Positions 38,643 through 47,684 of a stretch of 64,000 bases of DNA are shown piece after piece; positions within the stretch are counted from its first letter, which is position 1; the number at the start of each line of letters is the position of its first letter. A program made the position numbers and the translations under genes. The DNA is from a virus. The notes under the pieces were generated by a model. It made no database searches and had not been told where the DNA came from. It saw only the letters and a list, made by a program, of their open reading frames with translations. Location: IMG/VR virus record IMGVR_UViG_3300035670_000182; one strand, given 5' to 3'.

Positions 38643-41546
38643 TCAAGCGTCTTCCAAGGATAGTGAACCACGAGCGTCCTCGTCCATGTCCGAAATGCGA
38701 CGGCTTATTTTTAACACAGCTACGCGCATCTGCGGGCCTTTTGTACGGGCGGTCATGTCCTTCTTCGGCATCGGCGTCACGCTGAACATGCTGGCTAGTT
38801 GGCGCTTGAAGTCCGCGTAGCCAAAGCTCATGGTCGAGCAGTACGCCTTGAGCATCTGTTCCTCGATGAAGTAGTCGATGTGGTCTTTGGTCATGCCGTG
38901 CTCAACGCGCCCCATGATTCGGCTGCGGGTAATCGACTGATCGACCACGCCGCCATCGCCCAGCTCCGCCAAAATACGCCCGCCCTCGATGTGGCGAACA
39001 ACGATGAAGCTGCCGTAGTTCTCGCGTGTGTAGGAGTTCAACACGTCCTCTGCGTCGCGTGCGCTGGACTTGATATTGCCCCGAGCAGCGGTCACCACTT
39101 TCTTGAGGCAAGCAATGATCTCCTTCATGGGGAAGTTGATGATGCCAGCGTGCTTGTCGCCCATCAACGCACCTGCGTCCACTATGGTTGCGATACCGGC
39201 CATCCAAAAGCGCTCGTCGTTGGTAGCGTTGAACTCTTTGTAGATGTCGTGCACGGTATCAGGCACCATGACTTTGAGCAGGTCCACGTTCTTAGCCATG
39301 TACTCGGCCAGCATGTATCCGGCCACGCCATAGTTTTGCTGCAAGGACTTGATGATCTCGATCTCGTGCGGCTCCCACGACAACTCATCGGTCAGGATGA
39401 ATTCCAGCAAGCGACGCAGTTCGCCCTCAGACGAGTGCTTGCGCCCGCCGGTCAGGTAGTCCACCGCATGGGTGTTTGACGACATGATGGCGTTGGTCAT
39501 CCACGTTGAAAGGTTCACGCGTTCCTTGTTGGCGCCGGACTCCATACGCTCTTTGCCGCGGCCCTCGGTCATGTCCAACAAAAACTCAGGGAACCACTCG
39601 AAGTCCTTGCGGTTCTTGGCTGTGATCTCGTCGGTGATGAGGGGGTGGCTGTTGAGCAAACCCAAGCGTTGTTGCATAGCAACAGGGGACGTGCTCTTGC
39701 CGGTGCGGTAGTGCGTTGGGTGGCCCCACACAGACGCCGCAGCTTCCAAAGCCAAAGACTTACCTGTGCCTGACTCGGTGGAGCCGCAGTGGTAGGTCAT
39801 GCCGTAGATACCAGTGAAGCGCATCAGCGGTGCGCCAGCGCCGGCCAACAAGATAGTCAGGTGGTTGTACATGCGCTTGTTGATGAGCATCTGAACGAAC
39901 AGCTTCCACTGCTCGATGGTTCCAGTCGGCTTCGTGTTGGCCACGATGTTCTCCAGCCCGGGCATAGGCACTGCCACCGGTGGAGCATTCTTCGAGAAGA
40001 TTTTGCCAGCGTAGACATACGTGTCGTCGTCTTGCCAGCCGTAGTTTGCAGGAACTTTCACAGGGGTCTTTGAAGTGCTACACGCTTCAACGCAAGCGCG
40101 TACATAGGCGAACAAGTTCTGGTCGTTGCCAGAGCCAAACGAGGCGATGATGTTTTGCTGAGCCAATGCCTTGACGGTTTCGTCTTTGCTGACCACCGCC
40201 TTCTGCGGCATGGTGATGGGCATAGCGCCGTCAGGCCGTAGCGCCAGCATGTGCACGGTGTGCTCCCCAGCATGGGCGAGGATGTCAACAACAAACAGCT
40301 CGTACGGCAACAGCATGATCTGCCGCTTGACGGCATTGCCCTCGGCGTCTTCGTCTTCTTTCTCGATGAACACACCACCACGCGCACCGTAGGCGTAACC
40401 CTTTGGCGGCGTTGGGCGCAGAATCTTGCGAATCTCTTCGTTCACGCTCGGGCTGTCAGACGGCACGACAACTTCGATTTCCTTTTCCTCGGTATCCACC
40501 ATGGTCTCGCGACCCAGTGCCAAGGGGTTGGTGATCTTGCCGTAGTGCTTGCACCCGTCACACACGCCGGGGTTCTCGCTGTCGAACTTGACGCATGGGT
40601 ATGGCCCCTTGATCTCGGCCATCTTCTGAATCATGCGCTGCTCGGTGTATGGGTGCTGCTTGGTCAGCCACAGCGCGGCCTTCTGCCCGTCGTCGCAAGG
40701 CTTGGCAATGCTCAGCCAGCCGCGCCACAGGGGTTCCATGCCGTCCTCGGTTGCGTTCTCAATGAAGTATTCGAGCTGTGAGCAACCTGTACCCGCTTGG
40801 GTGCGCTTCAATATGTGCTTGAAGTAGGTAGCCGTGTTCTCAAACAGCTTCACGTTCGTGGCTGTCTTGGCAGCCTCAGGGCGTTTGCCGGGCAGAGCTA
40901 GGCCCGACGGGGCGTGCGCTATGTCCTCTTCGTCCAGCAAGTCGAGCACGCACGCTTTGAGCGCGCGAAAGCTAAACGTATCACCTTCTGCCATCAGCTT
41001 GACAGGGCGTGGCTCGGGGTACTTCTCTTTGAAGTTGAATGTGTCAGGCACGCGCAGTACACGGGCGGCGTCAGCCGTCACCGTCATGTCGATGCTCAGT
41101 TTCTTTTGCTTGCACAGCTTCTTGAAGTTCTCGGCCAGCGGCTTCCACTCGTCAATGGTGACTTCTTTTGTGAAAGGCCAGTAGCAGTGAATACCGCCAC
41201 CAGAACCAACAATCCAAGGCATGCCGAGGGCGTCGAGTCCTGTGTCTTCCAAGAAAGCCTTGAGCGCGATAGCTGCTTGCTTCTTGCTGGCGTAGCCGTC
41301 CATGTCGATGAACAGCGACTTGATGTGGCGTGCGTTGTCAGCCTTGCGTTTGCCCGACTTCTCGAAAGTAGCCAACGCATAGAAAACGTTGCGCTTTGCG
41401 GCAACCCAGTCGTCTACATGGGGGTAAAAATCAGATACGTCTTCAACATAAATGTGCTCCTTTTTTGTTGTACTAAGCTCTGCCGCACAGTAGAACCCGT
41501 GGCCCGGAGACGGCAAAACCACCGCTAGAAAGTCAAGCGGAGTCAT
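38643..41546 (-). CDS. primase-polymerase (AEP) / SF3 helicase
   Basis: 967 aa. N-terminal AEP motifs (FIDMDGY; GSGGGIHCYW). Cys cluster CDGCKHYG. C-terminal P-loop GSTESGTGKS and Walker B LITDEI. Confidence 0.75.
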   Translation of the reverse strand: MTPLDFLAVVLPSPGHGFYCAAELSTTKKEHIYVEDVSDFYPHVDDWVAAKRNVFYALATFEKSGKRKADNARHIKSLFIDMDGYASKKQAAIALKAFLEDTGLDALGMPWIVGSGGGIHCYWPFTKEVTIDEWKPLAENFKKLCKQKKLSIDMTVTADAARVLRVPDTFNFKEKYPEPRPVKLMAEGDTFSFRALKACVLDLLDEEDIAHAPSGLALPGKRPEAAKTATNVKLFENTATYFKHILKRTQAGTGCSQLEYFIENATEDGMEPLWRGWLSIAKPCDDGQKAALWLTKQHPYTEQRMIQKMAEIKGPYPCVKFDSENPGVCDGCKHYGKITNPLALGRETMVDTEEKEIEVVVPSDSPSVNEEIRKILRPTPPKGYAYGARGGVFIEKEDEDAEGNAVKRQIMLLPYELFVVDILAHAGEHTVHMLALRPDGAMPITMPQKAVVSKDETVKALAQQNIIASFGSGNDQNLFAYVRACVEACSTSKTPVKVPANYGWQDDDTYVYAGKIFSKNAPPVAVPMPGLENIVANTKPTGTIEQWKLFVQMLINKRMYNHLTILLAGAGAPLMRFTGIYGMTYHCGSTESGTGKSLALEAAASVWGHPTHYRTGKSTSPVAMQQRLGLLNSHPLITDEITAKNRKDFEWFPEFLLDMTEGRGKERMESGANKERVNLSTWMTNAIMSSNTHAVDYLTGGRKHSSEGELRRLLEFILTDELSWEPHEIEIIKSLQQNYGVAGYMLAEYMAKNVDLLKVMVPDTVHDIYKEFNATNDERFWMAGIATIVDAGALMGDKHAGIINFPMKEIIACLKKVVTAARGNIKSSARDAEDVLNSYTRENYGSFIVVRHIEGGRILAELGDGGVVDQSITRSRIMGRVEHGMTKDHIDYFIEEQMLKAYCSTMSFGYADFKRQLASMFSVTPMPKKDMTARTKGPQMRVAVLKISRRISDMDEDARGSLSLEDA

Positions 41547-41561
41547 GTCTATCCTTTGTTT

Positions 41562-41756
41562 TTATTTGAAAAGGTCGAGTTGTTTTTCGTCGCGTGGGGG
41601 GAACTCATCCGATGGGGCCAACGCGGTGAAGCGGCGCAGCAGCTCATGCTGAAACGCCAAGGATAGGCTCTCGGTGCCAAGGATGAGGGCGCAGCGATTG
41701 ATTAGTTCGCTGTTGGTCAGGTTTCGAGGTTGAATGTCTTGCATGTTTTCTTCCAA
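41562..41756 (-). CDS. hypothetical protein
   Basis: 64-aa ORF upstream of the primase gene. Confidence 0.35.
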   Translation of the reverse strand: MEENMQDIQPRNLTNSELINRCALILGTESLSLAFQHELLRRFTALAPSDEFPPRDEKQLDLFK

Positions 41757-41995
41757 GCGTCGTCAGCCGAGTTTGACGACTGCAAAATTTTGAGGAGCAC
41801 TTCTGCGCGTTCGACGTATGCAGGGAAAATATCCTTGCCCAAGAACCAGTTGTACACGGTCTGCCGTGTCACACCCAGCGCTTTGGAAATACGCACTACC
41901 GAGAAGTCGTGATAGATAGCCCAACGCCCGAGCTGGTTGCCCAATGACTTCGGTGTGTCAGCTACGTCGTTGATTATTTTTTGTGAGTAAGGCAT
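41717..41995 (-). CDS. HTH transcriptional regulator (Cro/XRE-like)
   Basis: 92 aa. Helix-turn-helix VRISKALGVTRQTVYNW. Confidence 0.55.
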   Translation of the reverse strand: MPYSQKIINDVADTPKSLGNQLGRWAIYHDFSVVRISKALGVTRQTVYNWFLGKDIFPAYVERAEVLLKILQSSNSADDAWKKTCKTFNLET

Positions 41996-42003
41996 AAGTG
42001 AGC

Positions 42004-42019
42004 GGGGGCCGAAGCCCCC
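42004..42019 (-). terminator. UUCG-tetraloop hairpin
   Basis: On the minus transcript this reads GGGGGC-UUCG-GCCCCC, identical to the capsid terminator hairpin. No strong U-tract, so it may be a weak terminator or an RNA-stability element. Confidence 0.35.
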
Positions 42020-42025
42020 TGAGAG

Positions 42026-42352
42026 TTAACCAGTTACGCTTTTGCTAGGGAACAGCTCAGCCAGCACTTGTTCGTACTGTTGTTTGCGGCGCTCTAGCAA
42101 GGCGGCTTTGTCGAGTTTGTCGAGCAAGTTGGGAAAGTTGATTTCTTCCTTGGCACACATCTCTTGAACGTCCGACTCTAAGCGAATCAGCTCGTCGTCT
42201 AGCTTGGCCATTTCCAACTCAGCCTGTGAGCGTACCTTACGGGCACGGATGGGCGCAAGGGCTTCCGACAATTTTTCTTTCGACAGTGCGATGACTTCGG
42301 CAAAAGGTTTCAGTTTCATATCATTCCAGTAATAAAAGAGTTTTGTTGTCAA
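42026..42352 (-). CDS. hypothetical coiled-coil protein
   Basis: 108 aa. Alternative start at 42319. Confidence 0.4.
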   Translation of the reverse strand: MTTKLFYYWNDMKLKPFAEVIALSKEKLSEALAPIRARKVRSQAELEMAKLDDELIRLESDVQEMCAKEEINFPNLLDKLDKAALLERRKQQYEQVLAELFPSKSVTG

Positions 42353-42599
42353 TATATTCAGGGGTGGGCATTACCTTTGATGGCAGCGGTTTTGGTTGCT
42401 TGCCTTCCTGAATTTGTTGTCCCGTCACACCGCCCATGTAGGTGTCGGTGTTCGGGTTGTAGTACGCCTGTTGCATTGCGGCATAGCGCTGGCGCTCAGC
42501 CTCTTCGTAACGCCGTCTTTGCTCGTGCTCGTAGGCGGTCTGTTGGTCCCAGTACCTAGGGTCGTACCAGCCGGATGTGCTACCAATGCTTGCCATCAC
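42321..42599 (-). CDS. hypothetical protein
   Basis: 92 aa, Q/Y/E-rich. Confidence 0.35.
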   Translation of the reverse strand: MMASIGSTSGWYDPRYWDQQTAYEHEQRRRYEEAERQRYAAMQQAYYNPNTDTYMGGVTGQQIQEGKQPKPLPSKVMPTPEYIDNKTLLLLE

Positions 42600-42737
42600 A
42601 CCCCCTTACGGAACTTGGAAACGAACCAGTCGCGCAAGTCGTTGAGCTTCCAACCGACCCAGATGCCGATCACAAGCGCCAACCCCATAGCAACGAGAAC
42701 GTCTCCGCGTCCAGCAAAAATGCCGACTGTGCTCATT
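42597..42737 (-). CDS. small transmembrane peptide (46 aa)
   Basis: MSTVGIFAGRGDVLVAMGLALVIGIWVGWKL... Single TM. Start overlaps the lipoprotein stop. Not in the ORF track. Confidence 0.25.
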
Positions 42738-43137
42738 GCTCGATCTTCTTCAAGGTCTTGGGAATTTCGTTGTTGCAGGTGTTCTCCTGCTTAGCCAAGA
42801 CAGCCCGCGCTTTGAAGTCCTCGTCTTTGTAGCAACCAAGGTTGCCCGAAACAGTTGAGCACTTGAGCTTGACTTCCACCGCTTTTGTTTTGGCGTCAAT
42901 CAAATCAACGCTAGCCCAACCGTCACCTTGTGGGCAGGGGGCTTGCTGCGTGCTGTCGCCGCGGGCCAAGATGTTGTTCTTCTCGAACCCGTTCTCTGCG
43001 CGCCACTTCTGTGCGTTGTAGCGGCTGTTGTCATTGGCAATGCTGCGCTGAGTTTCGAGCGTGTCGAAAGACACTTCTTGTTTGCCACACGCGGTCATTG
43101 CGGCGGCTACGACGGATAACAAAATAAATTTTTTCAT
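42733..43137 (-). CDS. lipoprotein
   Basis: 134 aa. Signal peptide with lipobox AAMTAC. SD AAAGAGGAA. Confidence 0.6.
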   Translation of the reverse strand: MKKFILLSVVAAAMTACGKQEVSFDTLETQRSIANDNSRYNAQKWRAENGFEKNNILARGDSTQQAPCPQGDGWASVDLIDAKTKAVEVKLKCSTVSGNLGCYKDEDFKARAVLAKQENTCNNEIPKTLKKIEQ

Positions 43138-43160
43138 GAAGTTCCTCTTTGGTTTGAAAG

Positions 43161-43190
43161 TGAAACGGGGCGAACCCCGTCTCGTTTTTA
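43161..43190 (-). terminator. UUCG-tetraloop terminator (bidirectional)
   Basis: ACGGGG-TTCG-CCCCGT hairpin after the SSB-like gene. U-tracts on both sides. Confidence 0.5.
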
Positions 43191-44234
43191 CTCTTCGTCG
43201 TCCCAGTCAGCGACCACTTGCGCTAGCTTTTTCTTGGCTGGCACAGAGGTTTCTTTCTTGGACTCTTTGCGCACGACTGGCTCGTCGTCCTCGTCGTCTT
43301 CCTCAACCACAGGCTTGGCCTTGGTCTTGGCTTTAGGCGCGGGGGCTTCGTCCTCATCGTCGTCGTCTTCGGGCTCAGGCGCTGGCTTGGCCTTGGTTTT
43401 TACCTTGGCTTTTGGTGCTGGCGGCTCGTCGTCCTCGTCGTCTTCATCCACTTGTGGCTTGGCTTTCGCTTTAGCCTTGGGCTTGTCGCCTTCCAGCGCG
43501 TCAGCAGGCTTGACTGCATCCACAGCGGCAACAGTCATGGTCACCGCACGCACAGCGTCATCGGTCAGGCCGCGCTCATTCGCAGTAGCGAACTCGTCGT
43601 CGGTCAACCAGCGCATAGCTTTGAAGAACAACTTGGGGCTTTCGGCCTTGGTGTCGAACTTCAAGCGGGTCACCACCATGCTGGGGTCAACGCCTTGGGC
43701 AACCAACCAACGAGCGTATGCTTGCAGGGGGCGGTTCTCGCCTTCTTCCTTGCCGAACAACGATGTTGCGGGCAGGGGCAGTTGCATCACGTCGCCTTCG
43801 ATCTCGTCAGCCAACACAACGGCCAAGCGTTGTTGATAGCGGCAAGCGCGGCTGTTGCCTGTACCAGAGCCAGCGATGTTTTGTTCGCACTTGGCGCAGG
43901 TGTCGGCTTGGGGGTTCTTGGCCTTGGCGTCAGGCTTGTCGCCGTCAGCAGACCAGCACTCAGGAGCCCCCGCAGTTTCACCGTCGTACTTGGCGGCATA
44001 CCACACGCGACCAACCTTGGGGGCGGCACGCACGATCACGACGTCAAGGTAGCGCTCTTCGATAGCCGCCACTTCTTCGCCGTCAGACATCAAGCGAAAC
44101 ACACCACCTTTGATGGAGATGCGCTTGCCGCCACCGCCACCGCTACCAACTAGGGCTTTGGCGGTTTCAGACAGTTCGCCTTTCTTGGCGAACGCGGGGA
44201 CGTTTGCCCCTTTGAACAGAGTGATATTGCTCAC
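43188..44234 (-). CDS. putative ssDNA-binding/annealing protein with acidic C-terminal repeats
   Basis: 348 aa. Cys cluster (ECW...CAKCE...C). C-terminal half is three tandem ~19-aa repeats of a poly-D/E block alternating with KAKxKAKP. Ends DWDDEE, like SSB acidic tails. Confidence 0.45.
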   Translation of the reverse strand: MSNITLFKGANVPAFAKKGELSETAKALVGSGGGGGKRISIKGGVFRLMSDGEEVAAIEERYLDVVIVRAAPKVGRVWYAAKYDGETAGAPECWSADGDKPDAKAKNPQADTCAKCEQNIAGSGTGNSRACRYQQRLAVVLADEIEGDVMQLPLPATSLFGKEEGENRPLQAYARWLVAQGVDPSMVVTRLKFDTKAESPKLFFKAMRWLTDDEFATANERGLTDDAVRAVTMTVAAVDAVKPADALEGDKPKAKAKAKPQVDEDDEDDEPPAPKAKVKTKAKPAPEPEDDDDEDEAPAPKAKTKAKPVVEEDDEDDEPVVRKESKKETSVPAKKKLAQVVADWDDEE

Positions 44235-44455
44235 TTAGTACCTTTCAAAAATTTGTAGAACTCCTCAGCACGAGGAATGATTTTGTTGACCGAACGCTTC
44301 TCAGACTTGAGCGCCTTGAAGATGGCGACAGACTCGTTCAATGCGTTTTGGCGAAGCCACTGGTCTTCACGTTTTTCTTGTGCGGCCAAATCGGCCAGCG
44401 CAGAAATGGCTGAGGTTGCTGATTGGTTTGTGAGGGTTACGTTTTCGTTTGACAT
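44231..44455 (-). CDS. hypothetical protein
   Basis: 74-aa ORF, ATGA-coupled. Confidence 0.35.
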   Translation of the reverse strand: MSNENVTLTNQSATSAISALADLAAQEKREDQWLRQNALNESVAIFKALKSEKRSVNKIIPRAEEFYKFLKGTK

Positions 44456-44459
44456 GTAA

Positions 44460-44696
44460 TTAACTCCAAGTTACTGCTTTGACTGCCCACATCTGGGCGG
44501 TTTGTGTTTCAGTGATAGCGATGCTGAGCATGCGCTTCACCTCGTTGTCCGTTGCTTGCTCACGCAACGAATTCAGATGGTCAACAACGCCAGCGAACTC
44601 GTGTTTGAGTGCCGCCACAGATTCGTTGCCGCCGGGATTAAAAGAGACGCCACAGGCTTTCTCACCAAAAGTAAATTCTCGGTTCATAGTTCTCAC
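44460..44696 (-). CDS. hypothetical protein
   Basis: 78-aa ORF. Confidence 0.35.
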   Translation of the reverse strand: MRTMNREFTFGEKACGVSFNPGGNESVAALKHEFAGVVDHLNSLREQATDNEVKRMLSIAITETQTAQMWAVKAVTWS

Positions 44697-45097
44697 TTGC
44701 TTGGTTTGCGTACCGATACGCTGTACTCCGCGTTGGAGCTAAGCCCCGGGGGTACGAGTCCCGGGTTTTCTTCAAGAAACTGCTTCATGTTGCCTTGATG
44801 CACACGCTTCTCATACAGGTCTAGGGCGTCGTGTTCGACCACGAAGGTTTTGAACGAGTCCCAGTCTGTGGTGGTGTAGCGTGTGGTCACGCCGAGCACG
44901 ATGGTGCCCTGTGATGTGCGGACGGATGTGACGCCCTGCGCCTGCATCTGTTCCTTCATTGCTTGCTTGAGTTCTTCTTGGGTGGCTTTGAGCACCTCGA
45001 CTTTGTTCTCGTACTCTTGGGTGAGCACTTGAATTTCGTCGCGAACTTTACGATAGACCTTGGCCAGCCTATCAAGGGGTATGACGTCTTCTGACAT
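44693..45097 (-). CDS. Gp157-like recombination-associated protein
   Basis: Start chosen at internal ATG with SD GGAGAAG. N-terminal coiled coil plus a C-terminal region resembling the Sipho_Gp157 family (from memory), which often neighbours recombinases. Confidence 0.35.
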   Translation of the reverse strand: MSEDVIPLDRLAKVYRKVRDEIQVLTQEYENKVEVLKATQEELKQAMKEQMQAQGVTSVRTSQGTIVLGVTTRYTTTDWDSFKTFVVEHDALDLYEKRVHQGNMKQFLEENPGLVPPGLSSNAEYSVSVRKPSK

Positions 45098-45188
45098 TTG
45101 CTTCTCCGGTTGCGCTGCTTTTTGCAGCGTTTTTGTTTTGTCTATGGTTTGACAGTGTACACGTTTTTGAAATGCTTGCAACCCCCTT

Positions 45189-46754
45189 TCATGTGGATTT
45201 AATCTCGGTGTCGAACATCTCGGTCAATAGTGAGTGGTCGCTCACCTTGGACTCCAATGCCTTAAACATTTTCTTCTCGATGGGCGACCCTTGGATGTGG
45301 ATAACCGTCACCTTGTCGGACGTCTGGCCTTTGCGGTCAGCGCGTGCGCAGCACTGGATGTACTGCTCCACGCTCATCAACGGGCCGTAGAAAACCACCG
45401 TATCAGCGGCTGTCAGGGTAATACCGTGAGCCGTTGCCTGTGGCTGCATCACGAGCACGCGGGGCTCTGGGTCGTTCTGAAAGCGTCGAATGATGTCTGC
45501 CCGCTTGGTTGCTTTGACCTCGCCGTAAATAACTTCGTTTGCAATGTTCTTGCTGGTTAAGTACTTTGAGATACTGTCTATGCTTGAGACGAACAGCGCA
45601 AACACAATAACCTTGCGGTCTGTCTCTTCGAGAATTTCTTCGAGCACGCTCAAACGTGGTGACGCATCGAACTCGACAACCTCGCGGTCGTCTGTGTAGG
45701 CCGCGCCGCAGGAGATTTGCAACAGCTTAGACACGCCAGCGGCGGCATTGACCGCGCTGATTGTTTCCCCCGCCGCTTGGATGAGCATGCGCTCTTTGAG
45801 CAAGTCGTAGTACTTCTTCTGTTGTGGCGTCAAAGCAACTTCGCGGGTCATGGTGATGACTGGCGGCAAGTCCAAGCACTGCGCTTTTGTGAAGCGAATG
45901 GATGGTTGCAACGCATCGTGCACCAACTCAACAGCGTTGGCTACCGGCGCCCACTTGTACAGCGTTATCTTGTTCATCACTTTGTCGCGCCATGCGGTGA
46001 AGAACTTGGGCACACCCTCAGGGTTCACGAGCTTAGCCAAGCCGTACGCATCGACAGGTGACTGTGATGCAGGTGTACCAGTCATCATCCACAACAAGGT
46101 CTTAGGCGTGATGATCGAAGCCAGTGTCTTCCATCGCTTGGTAGTAGCGGTTTTGTACGCGTTGGCTTCGTCAACAATAACAAGATCGAACTTGCCATTT
46201 GCACGAATCTCGTCAGCGATCAAGTTGAGGCCTTCGTAGTTGGTGATGACGAATTCGTAGTTCTGCTGAATCATTTCAATGCGACGCGACGCTTGCGTGT
46301 GGTGGGCGACGATGGCACTGCGATGAATGATGCTGTTGCTCAAGTCTTGCATCCACGCTGAGTGCATGATCGACAGTGGGCAGAGAATCAAAACACGGCG
46401 AACCTCACCACGCTTCATTAGATAGTCAGCGGCCCACAGCGCAGACAGTGTTTTGCCTGTACCGGGTTCACTAAACACAAACGCCTTGCGATGCAAGGTT
46501 AAGAAAGCAGCAGTCTCTACTTGGTGGGCCATAGGCTTAAATCGCCCGGGCCAGTCGTACCGTTTAATGATCGGAGAGGGTACGTCTCTCACTCCCATAT
46601 TGCGAAGCACTCGCGCTTCGTCTAATCCCCAAAACACCGCCACCTCTGAGGTGCCGTCGTCGTATGTTTCAACGACCTTGCTTCGGGGAATGATGCTGTA
46701 CCTTTCAGGTTGGCGTGTGCGAAGTAGCAGCGCCTTGTTGTCGATAATTTCCAT
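45189..46754 (-). CDS. SNF2/SF2-family helicase
   Basis: 521 aa. Walker A SEPGTGKT. DEAH-like VIVDEANAYK. Helicase C-domain with motif VI QCCARADRKGQ. Confidence 0.75.
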   Translation of the reverse strand: MEIIDNKALLLRTRQPERYSIIPRSKVVETYDDGTSEVAVFWGLDEARVLRNMGVRDVPSPIIKRYDWPGRFKPMAHQVETAAFLTLHRKAFVFSEPGTGKTLSALWAADYLMKRGEVRRVLILCPLSIMHSAWMQDLSNSIIHRSAIVAHHTQASRRIEMIQQNYEFVITNYEGLNLIADEIRANGKFDLVIVDEANAYKTATTKRWKTLASIITPKTLLWMMTGTPASQSPVDAYGLAKLVNPEGVPKFFTAWRDKVMNKITLYKWAPVANAVELVHDALQPSIRFTKAQCLDLPPVITMTREVALTPQQKKYYDLLKERMLIQAAGETISAVNAAAGVSKLLQISCGAAYTDDREVVEFDASPRLSVLEEILEETDRKVIVFALFVSSIDSISKYLTSKNIANEVIYGEVKATKRADIIRRFQNDPEPRVLVMQPQATAHGITLTAADTVVFYGPLMSVEQYIQCCARADRKGQTSDKVTVIHIQGSPIEKKMFKALESKVSDHSLLTEMFDTEIKST

Positions 46755-46766
46755 TGCTTCTCCGTT

Positions 46767-47006
46767 TTATTTGTTGTCGCCTTGGTTGGCCTTCTTGGAA
46801 CGCAAACGCAGATTACCCGGTGTTGATTTGCCGCCCTTGCGCAGAGGCTTGATGTGGTCAATGTCTTTGCCAGTGCGGTCAATACCTTTCTTGTCGTACG
46901 CACGACGCGCACGTTGGCGCTCATGCTGGTCAGACCCGGGGCCGGACTTACCGGTCTCCAAGTCTCGCTTGTACTCTGCTTTGTAATCGCGTTTACGTGT
47001 TGCCAT
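46767..47006 (-). CDS. HNH endonuclease (small)
   Basis: 79 aa. DIDHIKPLRKGGKSTPGNLRLRSKKANQ HNH core. Confidence 0.6.
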   Translation of the reverse strand: MATRKRDYKAEYKRDLETGKSGPGSDQHERQRARRAYDKKGIDRTGKDIDHIKPLRKGGKSTPGNLRLRSKKANQGDNK

Positions 47007-47015
47007 TTTTAACTC

Positions 47016-47684
47016 CTAGTGTTTGGGGTGGAACTCACAGCCTTTGACGGGGCACCAGCCGCACAGCGGGTTCTTGTTGGGGTTCCAAACGTCGTGCTCC
47101 ATCGAAGCCTCGATCTTACCGACCCGCTCCCGATAGCGCCACCATTCCGCGCTGGCTTCCCCCACCTCCATGCTCATCTTGACCATATCGTCCTTGACCA
47201 CAAAAAGCAGCGAGGACTTGACTTGGCGAATGTGCGGGTAGTGGGCGAAGACCATGATGGACATGAGCTTCAACTGGTCGCGGTCGGGGTACTTGTTGCT
47301 ACCCGTTTTGTAGTCCACCACCCACGCTGTAAGGTTGTCGTCATCAAGAATGAGCAAGTCGGCAATGCCGCGCACCCAAGTCTTGCGTGAGCGCCAGTCA
47401 CAGGGTTTCAGGTTGACGTCCAGCGCCATCTTTTGCTCGGCTAGCTTTCGCCCGGGCTTCTTCATCAAGGCATCCAGAACGGGCTGGATGAACTCGAATT
47501 GCGGCGGCAACGGGGTGCCCTCAGCCACAAACAACTCAGCCGCTTTGTGCAGCTCGTTGCCGTAGCGCGAAGCGTCCGACTCCTCGAACGGGTACTTCTT
47601 CAACACGCGAACCTCGTGGTATTTGCGTGCGCAGTTTTCGTAGTCTTTCAGAGCCGTGTGGCTCCACGCTATTTGTGTCATCAA
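47016..47684 (-). CDS. PD-(D/E)XK exonuclease, Cas4/RecB-like with Fe-S cysteines
   Basis: 222 aa. D...VVDYKTG (D/ExK) core. One N-terminal Cys plus C-terminal CGWCPVKGC cluster, the Cas4-like pattern. Confidence 0.65.
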   Translation of the reverse strand: MMTQIAWSHTALKDYENCARKYHEVRVLKKYPFEESDASRYGNELHKAAELFVAEGTPLPPQFEFIQPVLDALMKKPGRKLAEQKMALDVNLKPCDWRSRKTWVRGIADLLILDDDNLTAWVVDYKTGSNKYPDRDQLKLMSIMVFAHYPHIRQVKSSLLFVVKDDMVKMSMEVGEASAEWWRYRERVGKIEASMEHDVWNPNKNPLCGWCPVKGCEFHPKH

